Shown: piece after piece, positions 40,781 through 54,022 of the stretch
How positions within the stretch are numbered: the stretch's first letter is position 1
Layout: every line of letters starts with the position of its first letter
NCBI RefSeq assembly: GCF_009914755.1
Contig: NC_060929.1
Length of the DNA: 64,000 bases
Strand: one strand, 5' to 3'
Origin: the human T2T-CHM13v2.0 reference genome, Homo sapiens
The notes under the pieces: model-generated
The model's database searches: none
Told to the model about the DNA's origin: nothing
The model's input: the letters and a program-made list of their open reading frames with translations, nothing else
Program-made: the position numbers and the translations under genes

Positions 40781-40805
40781 AGGAGGCTGGAGGCGGCTGG
40801 TGCAT
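40597..40805 (-). other. PPP2R2B: PPP2R2B upstream leader exon containing the CAG repeat (5' end uncertain; donors at 40706 GT and 40596 GC)
   Basis: Lies within the CpG island. Donor motifs AGG|GTGAGT (exon end 40707) and CAG|GCAAGC (exon end 40597). The TSS cannot be determined from sequence. Confidence 0.6.
40735..40779 (-). repeat. PPP2R2B: SCA12 trinucleotide repeat, pure (CAG)15 (CTG on + strand); normal-range allele
   Basis: 45 nt of uninterrupted CTG counted on the + strand, ~660 nt upstream of the Bbeta1 ATG. This is the known location of the SCA12 expansion. Confidence 0.97.
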
Positions 40806-42196
40806 TAAAGGCGAGGCTCCTCCCAACCGCGTCAGCAGCCCCACGACTCTTTCCCAGCAGCAGTGGTGGCCGAGGCAGAGGCTGCGGCTGCTCTTTGCTG
40901 CAGTGGGGCGCATGCAGCCGCGAATCGGCACCTGGGCAGCAAGCGACTAGCTTGCAGGTTCAGGTGGAACGCATAGACGCGCTCTTCCAACCTCCTCCCC
41001 TCTCGCGCCACTCAGCTAAGGGCCACGTCTACGCTAGCACCCAGAGCCCCTAGTTCCCTGCCTTTCTCCGGACGCCTGAACTTGAGAACAGCAAAGAGAA
41101 GTAGGTTCCTTTGGATAGTCAGGAAGTCTACATCCAGGTCCCTTTTCCTCACCCTTATATGATGCATGTGGTCCCTTGGTGAATTTAAAGGGCGAGGTTT
41201 GGGGCTCGAAGCTTCAGAAAAAGAGGAGAAAGTGGGAAGTGCCGCTCAGAGCCTATCTTAAGCCCTCTAGTAGGAATAGGAGGGGGATCAGGGGCCAGAA
41301 CTTTGCAACTGGTTCCCCCATTCCTAAGAGTCAAAATACCTTCTAACTGTAGGAGGCTGGTGTTCAATAAAGCATCTGTGTCTACACAGGTGGAGGAAAG
41401 CACCAGACTAGTAAACAGGATCAGTCTGAAAAAGTCCACTCTCCCTTGCAGTTTGCACTTCGTTTTGGACAAATTATTGCAGCCTCTCCGTTAGGTTTTG
41501 CTTGTGCAGGAACACCTTCTATTTGCTGTCAGCATGGAAGGTACATTGAAGCACAGAAACATAAGCATAAGAGCCCTGTGCCCACAGAGAGCCACTGCTA
41601 CCCTGGGGGAATTTCAGGAGTCCAATTAATACAGAAAAGAGACCTGTCTTCCTACTTCAACTAGGAAGAAAATGTAGAATTCCCTCCCCACCCATGTTTT
41701 CCCAAATTTCAAACTCTACTTTTGAAAGAAAATGAGATTACTATTGTTATGAAACAACCAAAAACATTTAATGAAGCAACCCAAATCACTAGAAAGCCAA
41801 TTTGGAAAAGACATCAACCCCAATCAGTAGAAAGCCAATTGGAAACGACATTTCCTAGGTTTCATCTTGTAGAAGGTATTCATTTCAATGGGTACCACTG
41901 TAGGGAGAGACATCAGCAAATGTTTTGCTCAGTTAAGCTCCACAAGTTTAGCTAGATGGGCCCAGAGGGACCTATGAGTTAATTATATACATACAATGCT
42001 TCGGCTAACACAATTTAGAAAGTATTTGAAGTTCAGAAAAATGGAAAAACAAGTCCTTAACTGAGGTTGGGAATTGTCATTAGATTTCCATGCAGTATGG
42101 ATACTTCTGGTAGATAGAAAATGACATCTTCCTCATCTCCAGAAATTGACTGCATATCCCTGGGAGAAAAGAGCAGAAATGTTCCTTGACATAGTT

Positions 42197-42200
<4 letters not shown>

Positions 42201-42242
<42 letters not shown>
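42201..42242. repeat. (TG)21 microsatellite
   Basis: Direct count. Confidence 0.95.
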
Positions 42243-42243
<1 letters not shown>

Positions 42244-43408
42244 TGGGGGGAGTTCAGTTCAACTTTCAATAGATTCTATTTTATTTTCATCTAGTGCTTA
42301 AGACTTATACACTTGTTTGTTCAAAATCCACATTTAAAATTTTAGTAACAGGTGAAGACGGGTACAAGTTGATTTAATCCACTTCAGTACAAGTTGTCGT
42401 GGCTGGTTCTTCCATGGGATGAGCTGTATCTATCACCGAGGTTCCAACATTCAGTCCTTTTGTAGTTACACATTGCAGCTTCTCTTGGATATTGGCACAA
42501 TTTGGAGTAGGAGCAGAGTGGGGAAAAGCTTAGTTCATCTCTTAGTGAATCAAAATGATGAGAAGACATTGTGCCTTCGGTTGGAATGATCTTAAAATTG
42601 TTTCAGGAGGCCTTGGAATAGTATTTGGGAAAATTTCCCCTGTATCTTTCTGAATCAAGGGCTAGATTGGGACAGAGCTGTGTGATGAATCAGGTAGGCC
42701 CAGGCTCATTGGCCAGGCTGTGCTTGAGGAATTTTCCATTGTAACCAATGGGGAGAATGTCCCTTCCACAGATCGAGTCTCTGGGTTTATTTATTTTTCT
42801 TTTCACATATGCTGCAAACTTTCTCCTGCATTTATTCAACAGTCCAGGCATTTTTCCTAAGACACATGTTCTGAGAAGGCAGATTGGATAGGTCTCCATT
42901 GTTTAAGTAGATTTCAAGGTTTCCATTTGGCCAACTACTCTTTTCTAATATGAGAGAACTAGCTCATCCACCCAAAACCAAGGGGAAAAAAGCTGTTGGC
43001 TCTGTGCCATAACACAACGACCTGTGGTGGAGGTAAGGGAGTGAAAAGAGCCCTGTGCACCACTGTGGAGCTGGGGGGCGGGGTGGGGGAGAGAGTGGGG
43101 GAGATGGGAGTAGGCTGCAGAGATCAGTCTTCAAAAGACTCACTGGCCACTTCTCTTTTCCTCTAAAATGTCAAGTTCTTTCCAAAAGTGGTGGGCATTT
43201 CCGCATGCTATGTTCTTTGCCACTTCCTCATGTCTTGGCATTCAGCCTCTTAACTGTCCCTGCTTCGTTGAGGCATTCCCTGACCACACGATAGTCCTGA
43301 CTTCCGGTGTTTTCTGCGTCCACATTTTTTTTTTGTCTTTTTCATGTCCCACAGCGTTTTATAATATTTGTTTACTTATTATTGTTGGCCATTTTCACTA
43401 GATCTTTT

Positions 43409-43728
43409 ATTTTTATTTTCTTTTTTTATTTTATTTATTTTATTTTTCTGAGCCAGAGTCTCTCTGTCACCCAGGCTGGATTGCAGTGACACGATCAAGG
43501 CTCACTGCAACCTCTGCCTCCCAGGTTCAAGTGAGTCTCATGTGTCAGACTCCTGAGTAGCTGGGACTAAGACATGGACCACCACACCCAGCTAATTTTT
43601 GTATTTTTCAGTAGAGATGGGGTTTTGCCATGTTGGCCAGGCTGGTCTCAAACTCCTGACCTCAGTGATCTACCTGACTGGGCCTTCCAAAGTGCTGGGA
43701 TTACTGGCGTGAGCCACCATGCCTGGCC
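43409..43728 (-). mobile_element. Alu (AluS)
   Basis: TSD TCACTAGATCTTTT at 43395-43408 and 43729-43742. Confidence 0.95.
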
Positions 43729-44012
43729 TCACTAGATCTTTTCTATTGACTAACTGTCACTTAGTAGATGCTTAATTATATTTGTTGGAGACAAACATTT
43801 CTTAAACAAATGAATAAATTGCTGAATATCTTACTTTAATATTTAGGTTTCATACCTCCCCCCTTCTTAAAATTCATATTAAAATAATCTGTTGTGAGCT
43901 GGAAATTTTCTAGCTCATAAGCTGTATTCCTATTGAAATAATTGGTTCGATTTATTCCTGTATGCATATATACGATCAAAATTTACCAAGCAATTATGTA
44001 AAGAATTATTCT

Positions 44013-44308
<296 letters not shown>

Positions 44309-47300
44309 CTAGGTGCCAAGGATATAGATTTATATAAAACAGAATTTCTTTCTTCATAGAACTTAAATTCTATCATCTAATTTTAATAACGTGAACTTTC
44401 TTAGAAATACAGCAAATGCATTCTATATCGACAGACTATAGTGCAATGTTAAGTGCCAAGGCTCCGATATCATTTTCTGTCACTTATTTTTCTGTCCTCA
44501 AGCAAGTTACAAGATCTCCCTAAAGCATCATTTTCTTATCTATAAATTAGGAAAATGAATAGTATTTGTTTCATAGAGTTATTACAAGGATTAAATGAGA
44601 TAATACGTGGAAAAAATACATTGCTATTACTATGAGTATTTACTTTCGTCATCATCACCATCATCAATGTTCAGCAAATGTGCAAGTACTTAACTATGTC
44701 AGACACTGGGATAGGATTATAGATTCAGCAACATCAGTGTATAAGATGTAGTCAGTCTCTGATGTCATGGAACTTAGTGTCTAATTTACAGTTTATGTAA
44801 AAGGGGCCATAGTCTTCAAAGGGGGCAGCAGAGGGAACTCTGAAAGACTGACCTATTTCAGGCTTGTGCTTTACATAGAAAAGGCCAATTACAAATACAC
44901 AGCCTTCTTATGTTACCCAGTTCAGTATTGACAGCATGTGGACACATTCGTTTTTTTAACCACCCTTGTCATGGTCCCCTCCCCCAACACTCACATACCC
45001 ACTCTTCCTTCCTTAGGCTAATGCTTCCTACACAGGAAACTTTTGGGTCACCCTGTCCAATTAGCACATTAAATATCTATAATTTTATTAAAACCTTTGA
45101 CCTAAGCCAGTCTGGAGATTCTTAATAGAGGCTTTAGGTGTCAGACAGTCCTGGTTTGTGTCCCAGCTCAGGCATTTATAAATTTCATGACCTTTGGTGA
45201 GTAGTTTAACATCTCTGAACCTCTATATTTGCAAAATGGAAGAAAACAATAGTTGCTACTTCACAGGGTTGTTGGGTGGCTTCAGAGGTAAGGAAAGTGC
45301 TTAGTCCAGGTTTGGCTCAGAGCCAGCCTTCACTAAAATGACCCTTCTTCCTCCTGCGGTACTTCATGAGATCTCCCACTTGCAGAGAATTGGAGAGATG
45401 CACTCCAAGTCAATTGTTCATGTGAACAGAAGTGACCTAGAAACCTCAGTTTTACTGCCTATCAATCTGTCTTAATGAACAATTAGAAACTGGATACATG
45501 AAATTTTATCATCTTGCAAAAAGCCCTTTATAAACCATGAAGTCTCCTGCAAATGAAAGGAATCAGGATTATCTTCTCTTGGACTTTCTCATTATGTATG
45601 TGCAGACCTAGTCACATTTCTCTATTGTGGAATCATATGGAATTTCTCTCTATGATCACTAAGCACCAATTGCACAACTCTCTCTCTAAGGTGGTTTACG
45701 TGCTGTCTAGAGAATGACCTCTTGAATTTCTAGCAAGTTTGCAATTCCTGTTTGTGCATGCTACAACATGTAATGCCACATAAGTGATCCTTTAACGTGG
45801 CATTTAATCTGGGAAAAGAAAAGAAAACCTCTTGCCCTCAAAGTGTTGTATTAATTCTAGACTCTGGGGTCTTAATGGATTTTACCATGTAAATGTCTCT
45901 GCAACTGAAATTCAAGTACAGAAACTTATGAAAATACACAGTGGTACACTGAAGCTGGTAGGTACTGGCTATTGAGAGCTGATTTTGCTGATCACGTACA
46001 TGTCTTTCTAGTTCTGCTTTGAGTGACATCATTAACATCAGAAATCTGCCATGGTAGGATATTTATATCACAGAAAATTAAAAAAAAACACTATGTAAAT
46101 TCAGGGTTTTTTTTTTTTTTTTTTTTTTTGAGAGCCAGTTGTTAAACATTTACCAGCCTACCAGTAGAAACACATTACTTGCTGATGTGTCTTTCCCCTC
46201 ATCTCTGTTATCGGTGCAAAGTCCCCTCCAATTTCTGTACAATAAATCTCCCAAGTTATGTCAGTTCCAGAGCATTCCACCATTCAACCAAACTTCTGCC
46301 ATAATGTTAAATAACTCTTAAAATCCTACCTTTCCCTGAGGGTTTCCCATATCCATCAGAGGAAAATTGATGTCGTTGTCTGATCCTTTCCAGGTTGGTT
46401 ATGAAATTGCCATGGTAGACTTGTGAGTAATTGCTTTTATAGGGCTCCTAGACCTAACAACGTAGGAATGTTCGGTCATGCCCACTCTCAAGGAATCATT
46501 CCTTTTGACTATTCAGGTTCTATTGTGACCTTAGTCTTGCCCTTGATTTGCTTCAATACTAAACAAAAATATCTACTGTGCGTGATTTCACTGACAGCTG
46601 TTTTACTTGTCTAGTTAGGATATTGATGCAAAGGGAGAAAAGTTACAAAACTCAAGAGTCTAGATCTGAGAGCATGAGATAAAACATCTTCTTGTACCTC
46701 TTACCATTCATTGGTTTTAGAGTTAAATTTAGGCTGTCCTGTGCAAGAAAGTTTTAGTTTACAGTATATTTGTTAGGTATAAGGTGAGAATTTCCAAAAC
46801 CAGGTTAGCAACACTCCAGGGATATACTAGTACCTGACTACATTGCTCAAAGTAAAATTTTAGTATAATTTAAACAAGAATAACTATTGGGAAATGTCTT
46901 TCAAACCTTTAAAAAATATACCAAGAAATACCACTTTACAGAATTTATTCTAAGAAAATAACCATGGATGTGGGCAAAAATTTAGCCATAAAATTATTTC
47001 TAAAGAACATTGCTTATAATCATGAAAAACTGGAAACAACCCAAATGCCCAACAAAATAATTTGTTAGGCAAATTATAATGAGTTCATATGATGGCAAAT
47101 TATTGATTCATTTATATAGTAATTATAGCTAACACTGAGCATCTATTATGTACTAGGCACTGTGGAAAGGGTTTTACTTGCATTGTCTCATTTTATTCTA
47201 ACAACAGCCTCTATACAGTATCATCTCCATTTTACTGAGGCTAATAGAGGTAAATAATATAACCAAAGTCAGATAGATGAGAGCCTGGCGCCAACCCATG

Positions 47301-47487
47301 ATCTGTCTCTACAGCCCATGCTCTTAACCACTGTGATTTGAGCTATTGTGAGTGTGTGTGTGTGTCTATTGCAGTGGGTTTAGGTCACAACAGAATCACC
47401 TGGAGGTCTCTTTCCAAACCATTCACCGCTAGATTCTTACTTGTCTCTCTTAGGGATAAATATTCTCTCAGTTGAAAATCACCACAA

Positions 47488-48548
<1,061 letters not shown>

Positions 48549-49023
48549 AAAAATATCATCACCATCATAAACCACTGTTACTTATGGGGAGTATGGAGTA
48601 TGCTATATCCTTAAGGTATAGCAGTGCAGAAACGCTTAAAAGTAGTGACAAAGATAGATGTTCATGATGTTCAAAAAATCATAAACCAGAATAAGCCAAC
48701 TGCTACAATTTTTTGGTTAAAAAATGTGCATATGCTAAAAGGAATGTATCAAAATATTAGCAATGGTTATGCGTAGTTTTCTTTTGTGTTCATGTTTTCG
48801 TTAAAATATTTTAGAACATGCATCATTTTAGATTTTTTAGATTATCATTTTAAACTTTTTTAGTAAAAAAAAAAAATAAGTATTTTTAATGCCATGAAAT
48901 ACTTTATAGGATGAAACTTGTATAGAAAAGATTAAACCATTTTCTTCCCACCAGGAAGTCAAGAGACACATAAAACAATTCTGGTCACATATAAAAACAT
49001 ATATGTGACCAGAATGTATAGAA

Positions 49024-49341
49024 CGGCTCTGTGCAATAGAAATATAATGCAAACCACATTTGTAATTGTAAATTTTCTAATTTCCACATTAAAAAGTGAG
49101 GAAAAAAAGATGAAATTCATTTTAATATATTTATATTTGAATTTTTTGAAGATAAAATTATCTTATTTAATCTGTCAAAATATAATTTCAACATATAATC
49201 AATAAAGAATTACTAATGACATATCTAAATTCTTTTCTTATATCAAATCTTTGAAATCTGGTGTTTTACACTAAAAGACCTCTCAAATCTAGCTACATTT
49301 CTAGGGGCTGGTAACCATGGTTACCATATTGGACAGCAGAG
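49024..49341. mobile_element. MER33-type DNA transposon (opposite orientation to 7897-8800)
   Basis: CTGTGCAATAGAAATATAATGC...TACCATATTGGACAGCAGAG. Confidence 0.75.
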
Positions 49342-51230
49342 GTACAATGGAACTGTTTCAAAATTTTTATTCCATTTGCAAAAAGAGTTTTAATGTGTTC
49401 TTTAAGAAATAAATTTTTACCTACTAGAAACTTGAATGTAATGCTAAAACCAAACCAAATAACATTAATCTGATAAGCCTCAAAACTATTTAAAGTTATA
49501 CAAACTGAAGATGAAAATATATACAGACATACCTATATATATATATTATGCAGAATAGTAATTTTGAATCCAATCTGCATTTTCCCCTAAAACTAGTAAG
49601 CTGAATAAATAAATTACAAAAAGACCAGGATTCTAATAGTAAGATGATACCATATAACAAACTCAGACAAGAAAGATGTGATATATAATTCCATCACTGT
49701 TATAGTTACCATCCTAATAGGTCAACCATTTAGTTCAACATGTATACCTTCAATTCCAGCTAAGAGAAGAAGCCAAATAGCCAGATGTCACTGCCAAAAG
49801 GGCACTTTCATATCTGGGCATCTGGACACTATTATAACCAATGAAGGTGGAGAAATTTAAAGGTACAGTTTGTAGGCATCTAGTAGAGAACCATTAGTAG
49901 TCTTTTAGATTGTACTGGAGAGTAGAATGTTGTGGTCACATGATCAGTGGATTAATTTCTGAGGACTTATTGAATTAGGTATTCCATTGTCTTTAACTCA
50001 TACATGCAAACAGTTTGTTTTGTATGCAATTGAGTACTCTCTCCTTCCTAATACAGTTTTTTCACTGATTCCTGGGCATTGCTCTCTCTTTATTCTCCTA
50101 CTGCCTCAGTGTACACTCCTCAGGCTCACTTGGTAGCTCCTCACTGCTGTGACCTCTAAATGTATAACTACCCTAGAGTTCAAAGTTCAAAGTCCACAGT
50201 CCCACAGCTCACCACTCACATAACAACAAAACCCTAAATCTGAACTTTGAGCATAAACCTCTCCCCAGACCTCCAGAGCAATATCACCAGCAGCCAAGCT
50301 GATATTTCACAGGGTATAAGGCATCTCAATCCCTAATTCTGCCCCACAATACCCTGCCCCACCCTCCTGTTCCTTCATTCCACTCTCTCATTCCCATCTT
50401 TTCAATCCTGCCTGCTCTAACTTTGAAATATGTCCAGAATCAACCACTACTCACCATCTCCACTGCTGCTACCATGCTCCAACTATCATCCTATCTCACC
50501 ATGATTATATCAATAGATTCGAACCAGTCTCTGATCCTCCTTCACCCCCAACCCCTACAGAGTAGTTTCCAGGCAGCAGGCAGAATGGTCCTTTTAAATG
50601 CAAATCACTTCATGTCACTTTTCCGCTCAAAGGCTTTTATTGGCTTCCTACACATTCAGACTAAAACTTTCTTAAAATGCTGGAAAGATTTAGCTCCAGC
50701 TATAGCTCTTTTTTTTAACTTATCAAATGCAGCACCACCAAATTTCACCTCCCCTCCCACCACCACCACTCCCTATAGACATGGAAGGAAGACAGGACAG
50801 GAAGACAGGAGAACACTCCCACTCCAAGACCTTTGCATCTTATGTTCCCTCTCTTTCAGACACCAGCATAGCTCAGTGCTTTACTTCTTCTGGTGTCTGT
50901 TCCAGTATCAACTTCACTGGGATACCTTCCTTGACTACTCTGTATAAAATAAATTAGCACCTCCATCTCTGCCCATCACTCTCTATCCCTATATTGCAAC
51001 TAGACTGTATATATTTATTTGGTTTTGGTTATTACAGCAGTAGAACATAATTTCCAGGGAGAGAGAAACGATTTTGTTCTCTGCTTTATATGCAGTACCT
51101 GGAACAGTGCCTGGCACTACTAGTTATGCTAATATATCTTTTAAAAGAATAAAAGAGTGAATATGTGTTTGCTCAATAATAAGGATGAATTACAAGGGAA
51201 AATTAATGAACAACAAACCTAGGATGCTTA

Positions 51231-51885
51231 TGTAGTAAAGGGTTTACCCTTGCCTGAAGAGAGGCCTGGGTTTTGCCCTAGGCTTCTTGGAGGTAATCTG
51301 TATCATATATGACAGCAATGTCTTTGTTTAGGGTGAGGACTGGCTCCAGTGGAACTTAGGGTGGGGATGGCAATACCAGATGACCATGTGACTTAGGGTG
51401 GAAGCTTTGGGTCACATGGTTATCAGGTGACCTGAACACTAAGTTCAATCTTGTATATAATCAGTCAATCCATCATGTCTACATAATTGAGCTCTAATAA
51501 AAACTCTAAATACGAGGCTCAGATAAGTTTCTTTGGTTGACAATACTTTATGCATATTGTCACATGGCAGGAGGTTAATGGCAGGGGGGTAATGCATGAG
51601 GTCAATGGCAGGAGGGTAATGCATCCAACAATTGAAACGTTGCAATTGGAACTCTCCCAGGCTTTGCCTTATGCATCTCTTTCTTTGGTTTATTTTAATC
51701 TGTAACCTTTCCCTATAAGTCATAACCTTGAGTATAATCACTTTCAGTGAGTTCTGTGAGTTCTTCTAGTGAATTATCAAAACTGAGAATAATTTTAGAA
51801 ACCCTCTGAATTTGTAATTGTTGTCAGAAGTTAGGGCAGTTTTCGGGATTCCACCCTCAAACTTAGCAGTTGTCTAACTCCAGGC
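51231..51885. mobile_element. MER21-like ERV solo LTR
   Basis: TGTAGTAAAGGGTTTA.. start, AATAAAAACTCT, TCAGTGAGTTCTGTGAGTTCTTCTAGTGAATTATCAAA; 3' end approximate. Confidence 0.7.
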
Positions 51886-53850
51886 AATGCTAATCATACA
51901 TCTGGCAAAGTTATAGCTAAAAAATGGGCTTAGAGAGCATTAGGTCTAGCCCGTCATTTTGCTGATGATGAAAGCCTAGAGAAAAGATGCGACTTGCCCA
52001 GGTTACCTGGTAATTTGGTGACAGACGAGCATGAGACCTGGTGTCCTGAATCCCATGATCACATCCGCACACACACAATGGCTCTTCTTAACTTTTGTTT
52101 TGCGTCATATGCACCACTTTTTCTTAAGAAGGTTAATAAAAATTTATTGGACAATTAAGTTGGCTTAACTCTCCAGTATGTTAAGGTCAGTGTCAAGGGG
52201 AGAAATTACTACTGTCTTTCAAAACTCACCAGGGCCAGCCCTGGACAAAATTGTAAAGTAACACAGTTCCTCTTTTCTCCCTTGCCTCTGCTTTTAAGCC
52301 CTGTGATGGGCCAGGGAAGTGCTGCAGGAGGAGCTGTATCAGTCCTCCTGAGCCACGGCTGTAGAGGTCAGGTTGGAAGCCTTTATGCTCAGTTCTATTA
52401 TCTTTAACCAGTTCTATTATCCTTCACCTACACCATCATGGTTTGCCACACTCTCTTTCTTTGGAGGAAATCTGAAAAGTATAGGCAGCTTTAGAAGCTT
52501 TGGGAAACAGCACGTGGTAAACTTAGTTCATCATGTGGGAAACATGTTGACAAATTCAAGGCATTATGCAAAAAAGGTTGTCAATCTGGCCATTACTGTA
52601 CTAGTGTGATAAGTTACAGAAGCCAGAATTCAAGAGTTAGATGGACCTTGAACTTGTAAGCAAGGTTGTATATATTTTAAAACTCAATAAATATTTAAGG
52701 AATAAATATAGAGTGAAAATAATAATATTAAACATCCCACAAATAGAGACCTTTGCAATTTCCATTTGGTATCTGACAGCCCTACAAGGACTGAACAAAG
52801 GATGAAAACCCAAGTTTATAAATTTACATTTGAAAAGTAGCATAGGCCCTGAGCCATGACTTTAACATTTTAGGATCATAGATCCTTTTGAGAATTTAAT
52901 GATTTCTCTCCCCAGGAAAACAGCAACAGCAACATAGTTTAGAGCACTTCCTGCTTCCAAATGCTGACTCATTATGTCTATTTCACAGATAGGAAGAAAA
53001 AGAGAGAGAGAGAAAAAAATAAGGCCTGGGTCCAAAGAAAGGTACACAGTTGAGTGCAAGTTTAGAATTACAGTGCTATCATGTCCCCAGCAAATTTTTT
53101 CGTAGAGAATAAAAGTGGCTGTCACAGATACAGCACTTAACTGGTAATGATATAAGGCCAGATGTGAGTCTCCTTTCTATGATGGGTCAGTAAAGTGTAA
53201 TAGGCAAATGGTTAAAGGCATGATTTTTGAGAACCAGGCTACTTGAGGTCAAATCTTTACTGTGGGCAAGTTTCTTAATCATGTTGTGTTTTAATCTCAT
53301 TTGTGAAACAAAGATTATAATAGGATCCACTTGTAGAGTAGTTGTAAAAATGGAATGAAATGCCTAAAGCAATGCATGGCACATAATCCACACCCAATAA
53401 ATGTTTGCTCTTGGTATTAGGTGTTGGATACTGTCATTTTTGTGAACACTGTCATTGTCTACATGGATGCTAGATTTATTCACTTGTGTAGTCTTCACCC
53501 TTGAATTATGTTAGCAGATTTGCTCTTTTTAATTTTTTTTAAGTTAACTCAAAGACATGGTTTCATTATAAAGGAGTATGAAACTCATGTCAGTGGGCTT
53601 CTAATGGAGGTATATTCATTCAACATCAAATTTTTATTACCTGCCTACTATGTGCTTAGCACTAGGCTTTCTAGTTGCTTGTAAGGAGATTATGACTTGA
53701 TTGCAAAGATAACTGTTAGTAATTTATGTGCGAATAAGAGACCAACCAAGTGTGAACTAACCACAATGTAAAAATGTAGAGGCATCTAGTGGAATGAGAA
53801 TAGCTTTGACAGATAAAATAGATGATCAGAATACCTAACCTAGGCCTTGA

Positions 53851-54022
53851 AGCAAGACTGGCTACATAATTTGTGGGGCCCAAATCAAAAAAAGGGGGCA
53901 TCTTTTGTTCTTAAAGTATTTGGAATTTTAAGACAGCAACAACAGAGCATTAAACCAAGCACAGGACCCTTCTAAGAGTGGGTCTTAAGACACTACACAT
54001 CACATGCTCTTCCTTGAAGGAT
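53851..54022. mobile_element. MER91A-like hAT element
   Basis: GACTGGCTACATAATTTGTGGGGCCC...CAGAGCATTAAACCAAGC. Confidence 0.7.

Larger units (their letters stand above)
40536..40809 (+). ncRNA. Region of antisense (CUG-repeat) transcription at the SCA12 locus; boundaries not determinable
   Basis: Bidirectional transcription at this locus is known from prior knowledge. The sequence shows an AUG-polyAla ORF and an ATTAAA at 40804-40809. Coordinates mark only those motifs. Confidence 0.35.
39780..41080. promoter_or_regulatory. PPP2R2B: CpG island / promoter of PPP2R2B Bbeta1
   Basis: Abrupt GC- and CpG-rich block in an AT-rich background. Contains GC boxes, E-box CAGCTG at 40732-40737, half-CRE (CGTCA) near 40830 and NRF1-like GCGCATGC at 40908-40915. 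Confidence 0.92.

Noticed and set aside
50423-50947. 174-aa ORF
   Set aside because: Lies within decayed L2-like sequence and has a non-AUG start.
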